A DNA stretch of 57,635 nt from Candidatus Collierbacteria bacterium (GCA_016219325.1 JACRNH010000010.1:1-57635); one strand, 5' to 3'. Shown: positions 1 to 8,669, counted from the first letter of the stretch. The notes: generated by a model from the letters alone, not told the origin. Program-made: numbers and translations.

Positions 1-136
1 CTTCTTTTCGGATTATCTCCTGGAGACCGAATGGCGGTTTAATCATCGTGATACAATGGAGACAATGTTGAAACGTTTAGTGAGAAACGACCGGAGGATA
101 CCGCTGTAAAAGTGGACGCTTATCTGGGCAAGACCC
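1..136 (+). mobile_element. Right end of an IS1595-family (IS1016-like) element: transposase C-terminus (2..109) and terminal inverted repeat
   Basis: Frame 2..109 reads FFSDYLLETEWRFNHRDTMETMLKRLVRNDRRIPL*; YLxExEWRFNHR is the C-terminal motif of IS1595/ISXO2 DDE transposases. The reverse complement of 120..136 is GGGTCTTGCCCAGATAA, like IS1016-group ends. AT-rich TAATTTTA follows (possible TSD). Confidence 0.7.
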
Positions 137-587
137 TAATTTTATATTCGCCGGGAGGAAAATCTGTCTGATTACCACTTGGGTATTTCTCAGTAAAAAA
201 ATGCAAAATGTCAAATCCCTTATGCACATAGCAAACATCCAGTCTCCTTGGCGTATCCGTATCGATATCTTTAGAAGAAAAATCTTTTTCATGAGCCCAC
301 TTTAGACGCATTATATTTCTATACTCTGAAACATTCTGAAATACATCGTTTTTTAATAGCTTAATACTTTTAAGTTCACCTACGCAACCTACAGCTGTAT
401 TTTTACCTTTATTTCGCACCATAACATGACAAAAAAGTCCTAATACAGCATTAAAGCCTAAATCTCTAGCTTTGTAATATGTCTCCCTTGGGTCATAATA
501 AACCTCTAATTGTGGCCTACTAATATAAATTGATCCCTTTTGAATCCAACTAATGGGATTTAACCACCCCAGAATTGTTTCCCACAT
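120..587 (-). CDS. Hypothetical protein, probably 3'-truncated by the IS (last residues VLPR* come from the IS end)
   Basis: 155-aa ORF with a GGAGG SD upstream; the stop codon lies inside the putative IS terminal repeat. Confidence 0.55.
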   Translation of the reverse strand: MWETILGWLNPISWIQKGSIYISRPQLEVYYDPRETYYKARDLGFNAVLGLFCHVMVRNKGKNTAVGCVGELKSIKLLKNDVFQNVSEYRNIMRLKWAHEKDFSSKDIDTDTPRRLDVCYVHKGFDILHFFTEKYPSGNQTDFPPGEYKIRVLPR

Positions 588-612
588 ATTTTTACCTCCG
601 ATAAACTGTCCC

Positions 613-642
613 TTGACTTTCGAAACAGTTTCGATATATTTT
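613..642 (+). promoter_or_regulatory. Putative lexA promoter with palindromic operator TCGAAAC-A-GTTTCGA (620..634)
   Basis: TTGACT at 613..618, then a perfect 7-1-7 inverted repeat, then an AT-rich -10 region just upstream of the ATG. Confidence 0.55.
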
Positions 643-649
643 AAATATC

Positions 650-1258
650 ATGCAGAAAAAAGTCAATAGGATGTTAACCGTAAAACAGAAGAAAATACTA
701 GATTATGTCACTTCATCTGCCAACCACCATGGTTACTCCCCTTCATTAGAAGAGATCGCTTCCCATTTTGGTCTTAGCGCTATCTCGACCGTTCACCACC
801 ATGTAAAAGCTCTTAGAATTAAGGGTTATCTCAAAAAGGAGAAGAACCAGCCAAGGGGCGCATCTCCGTTAGAGAGAACGTCTGACAGCGTAGAAATCCC
901 GTTGCTTGGATTTATCGCCGCCGGCACGCCTATTGAACCTATCGAAAATCCGGAACCAATAAAAGTGCCCAACAATCTCATCTCTAAACGTGGTGATTAT
1001 TATGCTTTGAAGGTGAAAGGAGACAGCATGATTGAAGACGGTATTTGGGATGGTGATTTAGTTGTTATAAAAAGTCAACAAACTGCCGATAATGGAGATA
1101 CTGTAGTTGCGGTTACTGAAGGCGGTGCAACGCTAAAAATATTTAGAAGCAAAAACGGTACAATATTCTTAGAACCAAGAAATAAAAGGTTAGAGAATAT
1201 ATATCCTCAATCTTTAGAAATTAGAGGTAAATTTGTTGGTTTAATTAGAAAAAATTAA
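650..1258 (+). CDS. lexA: LexA-family repressor (wHTH plus S24 peptidase)
   Basis: LTxKQKKILDY..GYSPSLEEIASHFG..STVHHHV N-terminus, IAAG cleavage site, GDSM catalytic Ser, TLK catalytic Lys. Confidence 0.9.
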   Translation: MQKKVNRMLTVKQKKILDYVTSSANHHGYSPSLEEIASHFGLSAISTVHHHVKALRIKGYLKKEKNQPRGASPLERTSDSVEIPLLGFIAAGTPIEPIENPEPIKVPNNLISKRGDYYALKVKGDSMIEDGIWDGDLVVIKSQQTADNGDTVVAVTEGGATLKIFRSKNGTIFLEPRNKRLENIYPQSLEIRGKFVGLIRKN

Positions 1259-1259
1259 T

Positions 1260-2066
1260 ATGAGGTCAATTAACGAATACACCAATAAAGTTATCTGCGG
1301 GGACTGCATTGAGATAATGCAGAAGATGCCAGAAGAAAGCATTGATTTAACTGTCACTTCGCCTCCTTATGATGAGTTAAGAAATTATAATGGTTATCAC
1401 TTCGACTTCGAGAACATTGCCAGAAATTTATTTAGGGTAACCAAGAAAGGCGGTGTTGTGGTTTGGGTTGTTGGCGATAAAATTAAAAAGGGGAATAAAA
1501 GTCTCACAAGCTTCAGGCAAGCACTATTCTTTCAATTAGCGGGTTTCAATGTTCACGATGTTATGATTTATAGGAAAAAAAACACGCCTTTTATGAGATC
1601 AAATGCTTATACAAATGGTTTTGAATTCATGTTTGTATTAAGCAAGGGTGCTCCGAAAACATTTAATCCCTTAAAGACTAAAACTGTAAGACAGGGTCAA
1701 GAAATGCTGCCATTTAACAAAAAGGCTGATGGGATCAATAAGAAAACTTTAGGGGAACTTAAACCTGAAAAAACAAGAACAAATATTTGGGAATATGCAG
1801 TAGGTTTAGGTGGTTCGACCAGCGATAGAATTGCCTTTAAACATCCTGCTATTTTCCCAGAGAAATTAGCAGAGGATCATATACTTTCATGGACTAATCA
1901 GGGTGAGATTGTTTTCGATCCAATGTGTGGCTCTGGAACTACTTGTAAAATGGCACTTAAGAATAAGCGTTTATATATTGGCTGTGATATATCTGATAGA
2001 TATGTTGAATTAACAAAAAAAAGGCTCGAAATATTAAGCCCTCAATATCTTACTCGAGGAATTTAA
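1260..2066 (+). CDS. Beta-class amino DNA methyltransferase (likely N4-cytosine)
   Basis: Motif IV TSPPY precedes HPAIFP and motif I DPMCGSGTT; adjacent to an endonuclease. Confidence 0.9.
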   Translation: MRSINEYTNKVICGDCIEIMQKMPEESIDLTVTSPPYDELRNYNGYHFDFENIARNLFRVTKKGGVVVWVVGDKIKKGNKSLTSFRQALFFQLAGFNVHDVMIYRKKNTPFMRSNAYTNGFEFMFVLSKGAPKTFNPLKTKTVRQGQEMLPFNKKADGINKKTLGELKPEKTRTNIWEYAVGLGGSTSDRIAFKHPAIFPEKLAEDHILSWTNQGEIVFDPMCGSGTTCKMALKNKRLYIGCDISDRYVELTKKRLEILSPQYLTRGI

Positions 2067-2628
2067 TGGCTCTTTTAATAAGCCCTACGTCATCTTTAAA
2101 TCTACCTATTCCTGTGTTGCAACTATCACATACCCAACCCCTTATTTCTCCAGTGCGGTGATTATGATCAAGGACTACCTTACTAGTTATACCGGCAATA
2201 GTTCGCTTAGCACATATCGGGCACTCAAAAGGTTCATTTTGCGGCTTGGTTTTTGACCATTTAAGTTTTTCTTTTGGAGTCGGGCTCACCCCTTCAAGTT
2301 GTTTCCTGCATTCTTGACATGATGGTCTTCGAACTTGTCTATTGTTTACGCCATTTTGATTTCTTGCAAATTCTGTGGTGTTTAGAAGTTTATGGCAGAT
2401 ATTACAAATTTTTTTGAGAAAACCGTCTCCCGTTTTTTTGACATCAAAAATCTTAAAATCATTTTTATTTAACGCAACCTCCTGCCAAATTCTTATGAAA
2501 AAAATAGGGATACCTTCTTTCGACTCAGGTTTTATAATACCAACGTCACCCTTTTTAACCAAAACTCCACTTGGCCTTTTGGTATTTCTTTTGGCTATTA
2601 CAAACTTATCCGTAAAAGATGAATTCAT
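2050..2628 (-). CDS. Hpy99I-family type II restriction endonuclease (beta-beta-alpha-Me, two Zn sites)
   Basis: KICNICH..RPSCQECRK..CPIC..LDHNHRTG..WVCDSCNTGIGRFKDD matches the motif order of R.Hpy99I as recalled; convergent with the MTase. Confidence 0.8.
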   Translation of the reverse strand: MNSSFTDKFVIAKRNTKRPSGVLVKKGDVGIIKPESKEGIPIFFIRIWQEVALNKNDFKIFDVKKTGDGFLKKICNICHKLLNTTEFARNQNGVNNRQVRRPSCQECRKQLEGVSPTPKEKLKWSKTKPQNEPFECPICAKRTIAGITSKVVLDHNHRTGEIRGWVCDSCNTGIGRFKDDVGLIKRAIKFLE

Positions 2629-2702
2629 TGCCAGTTTGTCATTCTAGCATAGCCGATCGTCATACTAGAAGGTTTGATTGCCCCTCAGGGTAAAATATAG
2701 CT

Positions 2703-3485
2703 ATGAGGAAGTATTGGGCTATGGCCCGGGCCGAACTTCTGGATGCGATTGCCGAGAAAGAAGAGATCTTAATTTGGATCATTATTGACGCCATTCCGGT
2801 TTTTGTGATGGGATCTTTGTGGCTGGCAAACAGCCATAACTTGGTTCAGGTCAGTATTTCTGAAATGGTGACTTATTACTTGGTGGTGATGATTACATCC
2901 AGATTAACAGAGTTCTATTTTGACGAATATGTTCAGGATGAAATCAGGGATGGGACATTTTCCAGATATTTGCTTAAGCCCTTGAGGCTGCCTTGGCTGT
3001 TTTTGCCGGTGATTTGGGGCCGGAGGCTGTTTGAGAACATATTACTGATCCCGGTGTCTGCTTTAATTATTATTCTTTTCAGGCAATATCTGGTGATTCC
3101 GGATTTGTCTGCCTTGGCGCTATTTGCGGTTTATTTGGTTATTTCTTCATTCATCCGTTATTCCCTGTCGGTGTTAATCACTACGGCGGCTTTTTATTGG
3201 GAACAAACTTATTCCCTAGTCCATTTGCGCTGGATTTTGGAAGCAGTAGCCGGAGGCTATGTTTTGCCTTTGATTTTTTATCCTTCGTGGATAAGGTTTA
3301 TTCCGGACAGTCTGCCATTTAAATATATTTTCTTTGTTCCGACGGCGGTGTTTATCGGCATGATTTCGGTCCAAGAGGCGGTTGCCAGCCTGCGGCCGGC
3401 TTTATTATGGATGGTCGGATTATTGTTATTAAGCAATTTGCTGTGGAAGACCGGGGTCAAAAAATATTCCAGCGTCGGAGGCTAA
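2703..3485 (+). CDS. ABC-2 family (DUF990) permease A, pair 1
   Basis: Six-TM hydrophobic protein with EIRDGTFSRYLLKP, LPFKY..FVP and C-terminal LWKTGVKKYSSVGG. Confidence 0.85.
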   Translation: MRKYWAMARAELLDAIAEKEEILIWIIIDAIPVFVMGSLWLANSHNLVQVSISEMVTYYLVVMITSRLTEFYFDEYVQDEIRDGTFSRYLLKPLRLPWLFLPVIWGRRLFENILLIPVSALIIILFRQYLVIPDLSALALFAVYLVISSFIRYSLSVLITTAAFYWEQTYSLVHLRWILEAVAGGYVLPLIFYPSWIRFIPDSLPFKYIFFVPTAVFIGMISVQEAVASLRPALLWMVGLLLLSNLLWKTGVKKYSSVGG

Positions 3486-4277
3486 ATGAAAACATTAATA
3501 AGATATTTATCTCTATACCGGAAAGTATTCATTCAGTCGGTAATGCAGAATTTGGCATATCCGCAAAATTTCATGACCTGGATGATGGTGGATATTGCTT
3601 GGGCGATCGTGAATATAGGATTTTTCCGGATTTTGTTATTCACTCTGCCGGAAATATCGGGTTGGAATTTTGACCAATTAGCCATACCTTTGGGAATTTT
3701 ATATTTGCTGAATACGCTGATATGGGGATTTTTTTACGGGAATATGAACGCGATCCCGCAGATGGTGGATAAAGGCGAATTGGATCTATTGCTGACAAAA
3801 CCGGTTAATTCCCAATTTATTGTTTCTACCCGTCAAATAGGATTAGGGAGTTTGCCGTCGTCTGCTGCCGGGGCCTATTTATTGTGGTATGGATTCCAAG
3901 CCAATGCCGTTTCCTGGAAAATGGTTTTTATTATCCCGTTGGCGTTATTGTTTTCCGGAATAATTTCCTATTCTCTTTGGCTGATGACGGTGACTTTGTC
4001 ATTTTGGACCAACCGGCTTTACAACTCTCCAGATCTGTTTGCTCACGCGGTGGATATATCCAGGTACCCTGTCACGATTTTCCGCCAGCCTTTCAGATTT
4101 ATGTTTACTTTTATTCTGCCTTTCGCGATTTTAGGATTTTTGCCGGCAGAAATTATTTTGGGCAGGATCGGGCTTGTTTGGCTGTTTTGGCCGTTGGGAT
4201 TGGCGGTTTTATTTTCCTTTTTATCCAGCCGGTTTTGGCAATTTTCCCTTAAGCGCTACCAAAGCGCCTCGTCGTAA
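3486..4277 (+). CDS. ABC-2 family (DUF990) permease B, pair 1
   Basis: GELDLLLTKP, RYPVTIF, C-terminus FWQFSLKRYQSASS*. Confidence 0.85.
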   Translation: MKTLIRYLSLYRKVFIQSVMQNLAYPQNFMTWMMVDIAWAIVNIGFFRILLFTLPEISGWNFDQLAIPLGILYLLNTLIWGFFYGNMNAIPQMVDKGELDLLLTKPVNSQFIVSTRQIGLGSLPSSAAGAYLLWYGFQANAVSWKMVFIIPLALLFSGIISYSLWLMTVTLSFWTNRLYNSPDLFAHAVDISRYPVTIFRQPFRFMFTFILPFAILGFLPAEIILGRIGLVWLFWPLGLAVLFSFLSSRFWQFSLKRYQSASS

Positions 4278-4309
4278 ATATTGTTATGTCCCGATGATAT
4301 AATTCAGTC

Positions 4310-4579
4310 ATGTCTCAAGTACTAAGTTTTAAAGTAATAATGGAACAAGATGAAGATGGGGTGTTTGTGGCCTCAGTGCCGGCTATTCCCGGCTGTCATA
4401 CACAGGGAGATACCTACGAAGAAGCCGTAAATAATATTGAAGAGGCGATAGGCGTATGTTTGGAGGAAGCCCGGGAAAACAAGGACTACAAGAATCAAAT
4501 TGTTTGGCCAAATCAAGAAAGTAAATCCAATTTTTTGGGAATTTTGGATATGACCGTTAAAACTCCGTCATTTGCATGA
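4310..4579 (+). CDS. hicB: HicB-family antitoxin
   Basis: EQDEDG.FVASVPAIPGCHTQGDTYEEA..NIEEAI; ATGA overlap with hicA; leaderless promoter TGaTATAAT-N6-ATG at 4295..4312. Confidence 0.9.
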   Translation: MSQVLSFKVIMEQDEDGVFVASVPAIPGCHTQGDTYEEAVNNIEEAIGVCLEEARENKDYKNQIVWPNQESKSNFLGILDMTVKTPSFA

Positions 4580-4800
4580 GCAAACCACCGGTTCTTAAGG
4601 CAAAGGAATTAATTAAAATTGTTGAGAGATTAGGGTTTGTTAACTCCAGAAGCAGAGGAAGTCATTTTTTCTTTAAGCATAAAAACGGAAGAACTACGGT
4701 TATACCTGTCCATTCCGGGAAGACAATAAGTTTGGGTTTGATGCGAAGCATTTTAAAAGACATCGGAATGTCAGTAGATGAATTCAGAAAATATCTTTAG
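4576..4800 (+). CDS. hicA: HicA-family toxin
   Basis: LGF...RSRGSHFFFKH..GRTTVIPVH.GKTI..GLMRSIL. Confidence 0.9.
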   Translation: MSKPPVLKAKELIKIVERLGFVNSRSRGSHFFFKHKNGRTTVIPVHSGKTISLGLMRSILKDIGMSVDEFRKYL

Positions 4801-4880
4801 AGGAATTAAGAAATTAATGGAAAAGAAATTCTTGGAAAAATTATAAGTAGAATAAAAGTGCTGTTGAAATAATTAGAGTT

Positions 4881-5030
4881 TCGTCTTGGTGGCAATCAAA
4901 TATTCGACCTATATCGAATATAGACAATAATTTCATAAAGAAAATCGAAAATACTATCGGGAGGATCCTTGAAGGAGAATCCTTTTTGGTAAGGTTTGAT
5001 ATTGTTATCTAGCTGCTGGCGGAGGAATAG
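4881..5030. repeat. Deletion scar: degenerate copy of 10664..10736 joined to a 72-bp copy of 11874..11945
   Basis: 4881..4953 aligns without gaps to the promoter/operator/start of gene 10718 (ATG changed to ATA at 4935). 4959..5030 matches 11874..11945 with 5 mismatches. Confidence 0.8.
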
Positions 5031-5797
5031 AAGCGGACGGCGAAATGGAAAAATTTCCGTGAGATAATAAATAAAATTAAATTGCTAAGCAGCACCCACG
5101 GTAAAATCTCCCAGCCGGCGGTTCCCATCAATACTTTTGTCGGGATGGTAGCGATAAGCCCAACCGGAACGACGAATAATATTGCGCCTCCGGCTACGCC
5201 TGTAAAAATGTCAGTAGTCCGTTTGCCAACATCCAGAATTTCGGCGAATAAATCATTGAGATTAAAAATATTCTGGAGCCAGAAACTTAAACTGGCGATC
5301 ATAAAATATAGGCTATAAAAAGCCGCGACTGCCAAAATAATCAGAATTAAAAATAATATCCATGAGCCGAAGCTGACAGCCAGTCCCATTTTCCCCAAAT
5401 ACCATGGTAAGGCAAAAGCTATGATTAATACTCTGGCCAGTTGGTTGGGATACATTTTTGTTAAAGAAACTAATAGCTGGGCATCTACCGGGCGCAATAA
5501 ATAGAAATCAAATCCGCCGGTTCTGACTAATTCGGCCAGCTGATTGGCCCCGGGAATAACCAGAGACTTAATAAATGAACCGGTAATATAGTAAACCAAA
5601 ACCAAAAGCATGGCTTGCGACCGGGTCCAGCCGGCGATGGTTCCGGCTTGCTCAAAAACCAAAGAAATTCCGGCCAAACTTGTCAAAATCCAGACAATAT
5701 TGAACACTAAAAAAAACAACAAATTGAATTTAAATTCAAACTCGCGTTTGATTGCGTAATCAAAAGAAGATAGAAACAATTTTAATAGCCGTTTCAT
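5009..5797 (-). CDS. ABC-2 family permease B, pair 2
   Basis: GGFDFYLLRP; C-terminus RKFFHFAVRFYSSASS*. Confidence 0.85.
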   Translation of the reverse strand: MKRLLKLFLSSFDYAIKREFEFKFNLLFFLVFNIVWILTSLAGISLVFEQAGTIAGWTRSQAMLLVLVYYITGSFIKSLVIPGANQLAELVRTGGFDFYLLRPVDAQLLVSLTKMYPNQLARVLIIAFALPWYLGKMGLAVSFGSWILFLILIILAVAAFYSLYFMIASLSFWLQNIFNLNDLFAEILDVGKRTTDIFTGVAGGAILFVVPVGLIATIPTKVLMGTAGWEILPWVLLSNLILFIISRKFFHFAVRFYSSASS

Positions 5798-6588
5798 TGT
5801 CCGAAAGCCGAGTAGGCTTTAACTCCTTTCTTCCATAAGAACCGGTATAACATCAATAAGGCAATTGACCAAAGTCCGGCCATAAGCAGTGAAACTAAAA
5901 GCTCTGGACCTTGTGTTTTATGGAATATAATTTCTACCGGAAAAGACAATTCATACCGGAACGGTAAAAACATATTTATGGTTTTCAGCCAATTCGGAAG
6001 AAACGAAACCGGCATCCATAACCCGCCTATAAATATAAATATTGTCCAAAACAAGAAGTTGACATATTCAACCTCGGTAAACCAGAAAGCTAAAGTCACC
6101 ATTGACATAGTGGTAAAAAATGAAATAACAACTCCGGTAAATATGGCCGGAATTACTAAAAGCCAGTCCCAGCCGGGAGTCAGAATTACCCGCAGATTTA
6201 ATATTTTTAATATGCTAAAAACGAAAATGGCGGCGATTGCCAGAATTCCCATGGCGGTAAATTTAAATCCGGCCTCTTTGGCAAACCAGGCTTTGGCATA
6301 ATTGAGCGGTTTAATCAGCATTGTCAGGATATATCCGGACCTGATTTCTTCAGCGATAGGATGAAATGGATTCCACATCAAAAACCATTCCGCGAACATG
6401 ATAACAACGTAGTAGCTGATAATTTCTTCTCTGGTGTATCCGCCTATAATCGTGTTGCCGGCTGCCAGCCACATCAGTAGGGCGATGCCGGTCCTGACCA
6501 GACTAATCAGCATCCAGATTACGATAGCTCCGCGGTAAGTGACATTGCTGCCGAATGAGGCTTTGGCAAAAGCCAAAAAAATCTTCAT
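5794..6588 (-). CDS. ABC-2 family permease A, pair 2
   Basis: EEIRSG..LIKP, LPFRY..SFP, LWKKGVKAYSAFGQ; leaderless TGaTACAAT-N6-ATG promoter. Confidence 0.85.
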   Translation of the reverse strand: MKIFLAFAKASFGSNVTYRGAIVIWMLISLVRTGIALLMWLAAGNTIIGGYTREEIISYYVVIMFAEWFLMWNPFHPIAEEIRSGYILTMLIKPLNYAKAWFAKEAGFKFTAMGILAIAAIFVFSILKILNLRVILTPGWDWLLVIPAIFTGVVISFFTTMSMVTLAFWFTEVEYVNFLFWTIFIFIGGLWMPVSFLPNWLKTINMFLPFRYELSFPVEIIFHKTQGPELLVSLLMAGLWSIALLMLYRFLWKKGVKAYSAFGQ

Positions 6589-6639
6589 GTAAAGATTGTA
6601 TCAGCAACGTCTTGTCATAAATCGTGATAGTATAAAAAT

Positions 6640-6843
6640 GTGATTATTGTTTCTAATTCTTGGTTTAAAGTTCTTTCCGGTCTTTTTATTAATCTTGGGG
6701 CCGGTTGGTTCGGAGTAGTTTTCATCGCTCCGGGAATTGTCGGTCAATCACTTTTGTTTTCATCTATTGTGTTGACCAAGAACATACTGCTTGGTACACT
6801 ATGTCTGGTAATCGCCAAGAAAATGGAGGATTTTATTTCATGA
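6640..6843 (+). CDS. Small 2-TM membrane protein (module gene 1, copy 1)
   Basis: W..LSGLFINLGAGWFG..FIAP; near-identical paralog at 10287..10502; ATGA overlap with the next gene. Confidence 0.7.
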   Translation: MIIVSNSWFKVLSGLFINLGAGWFGVVFIAPGIVGQSLLFSSIVLTKNILLGTLCLVIAKKMEDFIS

Positions 6844-6965
6844 CAAACGATAGATTTATCGAGATTATCAGCAGTGCCCAAGGTTTTACCCTTTTGTTTA
6901 TTATCGCGGTAATGTTGATGCTTATAGCTTTGAAAAAGACTCCTCAGAGCTCCAAAACTCGTTAA
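6840..6965 (+). CDS. Small 1-TM protein, 41 aa (module gene 2, copy 1)
   Basis: MTNDRFIEIISSAQGFTLLFIIAVMLMLIALKKTPQSSKTR; the paralog at 10499..10624 differs mostly at synonymous or conservative positions. Confidence 0.65.
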   Translation: MTNDRFIEIISSAQGFTLLFIIAVMLMLIALKKTPQSSKTR

Positions 6966-7012
6966 TAATTTGAGCTGTTGTAATGTTTCTTTTAGAAAAA
7001 AGCTAACTTACA

Positions 7013-7141
7013 ATGAATATAAATCTTGAACAAGGATTCAACACAGCTTCTATATTGATCACTCTTTATGTCATCGCGATAACGCTGATTTATTTTGTAT
7101 TTCTGCGGTCGTCTCTAAGATCTTCGGTAAAAGGAAAATAG
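7013..7141 (+). CDS. Small 1-TM protein with basic tail, 42 aa (gene-2-like)
   Basis: Hand translation MNINLEQGFNTASILITLYVIAITLIYFVFLRSSLRSSVKGK*; same architecture as 6840..6965. Confidence 0.5.
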   Translation: MNINLEQGFNTASILITLYVIAITLIYFVFLRSSLRSSVKGK

Positions 7142-7149
7142 CCGGAAGC

Positions 7150-7200
7150 TCAACTGCTGGCGGAGGAGTAGTGTTTGAGGGAGTAGAGCCAGAATTTTCT
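7150..7200 (-). repeat. Orphan permease-B 3' tail
   Basis: Minus strand reads RKFWLYSLKHYSSASS*, versus RKFWLYSLRHYSSAGG* at the end of 13275..14069. Confidence 0.9.
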
Positions 7201-7215
7201 GCTATACTTTGGAAT

Positions 7216-7545
7216 ATGACTAAGGCACAATTCCAAAAACATTTGCAAAGAGTAACCAAAATCATAGTGGATAAATATCAGCCAGAGAGAATCATTTTAT
7301 TTGGTTCGGCGGCTAGCGACAATATTCATGAAGATAGCGACGCGGATTTAGCTGTTATTAAAAAGACAAACAAGAATTTTTACGACCGGATAGGCGAGGT
7401 CAGTGGGTTAGTCCCTCACGGAATCCCTTTGGATATTTTAGTTTATACTCCGGAAGAATTCGAGCAAATGAGGACGGATAAGTATGGATATTTTGTTAGA
7501 GATGAGATTTTAGGCAAAGGAAAAGTTTTATATGAATCGAGTTAA
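7216..7545 (+). CDS. Minimal nucleotidyltransferase (MNT) antitoxin
   Basis: PERIILFGSAA...EDSDADLAVI; start reassigned to ATG 7216 after TGcTATACT-N6 and by alignment with paralog 12341..12670. Confidence 0.85.
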   Translation: MTKAQFQKHLQRVTKIIVDKYQPERIILFGSAASDNIHEDSDADLAVIKKTNKNFYDRIGEVSGLVPHGIPLDILVYTPEEFEQMRTDKYGYFVRDEILGKGKVLYESS

Positions 7546-7923
7546 AGACTGGCTATTAGCAGCCGATCTTGATTTGAAAGCTGCCCGCGGTTCGCTGAAT
7601 GAAGGTGCTCCCAACATTGCTTGTTTTCTATCTCATCAGGCAGTTGAAAAAATCCTGAAAGCTTATTTATTGCAACGCTATCTGAAAGTTCCTAAATACA
7701 TTCTTTAGTTGAGCTATTAGATATGGCGACATTGAACGCGATTGGGCTTAAAGCGTTTAGCGATCAGATTGTTTTTCTCAACCAATTTTATATCCCAACC
7801 CGCTATCCGGATGCCTTGCCCGGCTCTTTGCCCGAAGGATTGCCATCTATAGAAGTTGCCGAAAAGGCTATAGTTCACGCCACAGAAATAGTCGAATTTA
7901 TAAAACCCCTTCTTGCATCCTAA
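7532..7923 (+). pseudogene. HEPN-domain toxin with a 1-nt frameshift near 7695
   Basis: MNRVKDWL..SHQAVEKILKAYL..VPK continues in another frame as (I)HSLVELL..LNQFYIPTRYPDALPGSLP; intact paralog at 11974..12354. Confidence 0.8.
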
Positions 7924-8033
7924 CTACTGGCACTGGAGTAGTGTTTGAGGGGGAACTTCCAAAATATGCGCGACAGAACAAACAAAACTATCGTCATCGC
8001 TACCGTCGCCGCTGCCAAAGCGCCTCCTCCTAA
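7920..8033. repeat. Two fused, back-to-back orphan permease-B tails
   Basis: Minus 7920..8015 reads AAATVAMTIVLFVLSRIFWKFPLKHYSSASS*; plus 8007..8033 reads RRCQSASS*. Confidence 0.85.
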
Positions 8034-8440
8034 ATCGGCTCGAAAATAATCTGTTTTTGACGGACGCTAAAATTCCAACTATAGACTACGTCTAACAAAT
8101 CTACCCTGCCCAATAAGAACGGCGTAGAGTTTTCATCTGTAATTGATGCCCGAACTGTCAATTTATTATCTGGAAGAATCAGGTCAACTTTTACCAACCA
8201 TGTTTTTACTCTAAAACCCCCCAACCCCTCAGCCACGCCCTGCTTTTCTTTGCTTAAATCTATTCCTAGCCGAGAAGCCATAAAATGCGGCAGAGTAGTC
8301 AAATCGGCCCCGGTATCAACCAAAAAATTAAACTTGGCGACTCCATTAACCGTTTTGAGCTTAATCGGAATAATCGGGGTAAAAATACGGCCAATATAAG
8401 GTATGGCTGAATACTGAAAAGGAAATGATAGTTTATCCAC
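8030..8440 (-). CDS. Retropepsin-like aspartic protease
   Basis: FLVDTGADLT catalytic motif and LLGR motif; single 136-aa domain. Confidence 0.8.
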   Translation of the reverse strand: MDKLSFPFQYSAIPYIGRIFTPIIPIKLKTVNGVAKFNFLVDTGADLTTLPHFMASRLGIDLSKEKQGVAEGLGGFRVKTWLVKVDLILPDNKLTVRASITDENSTPFLLGRVDLLDVVYSWNFSVRQKQIIFEPI

Positions 8441-8645
8441 GCCAATATAAACTCAAAGAACCATATTTAGGTACATGGCTAATAACCACCTTAGAAAAGT
8501 CAATCCGTTTTTTTTCCGCGTCTTCCCACATCTTTTTTATATCCCGCCCATGAGCCAATACCCTCCCGGACGCTTCGGAAAACGCTACAAATCCGGGACC
8601 ATATCTTTTCATCAAGCCGACAAACTTTTGGCCTTGTTTCTTCAT
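8433..8645 (-). CDS. Small partner of the aspartic protease (DUF5678-like)
   Basis: 70 aa, KRYGPGFVAF..GRVLAHG.D; overlaps the protease start; leaderless TGgTACACT-N6-ATG. Confidence 0.6.
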   Translation of the reverse strand: MKKQGQKFVGLMKRYGPGFVAFSEASGRVLAHGRDIKKMWEDAEKKRIDFSKVVISHVPKYGSLSLYWRG

Positions 8646-8669
8646 GAGTCTAGTGTACCATAGCTCTAA

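Noticed and set aside
7171-7215. N-terminal extension of the MNT ORF in the ORF track
   Set aside because: It is the antisense of an orphan permease tail plus the promoter; the paralog starts at the equivalent of 7216.
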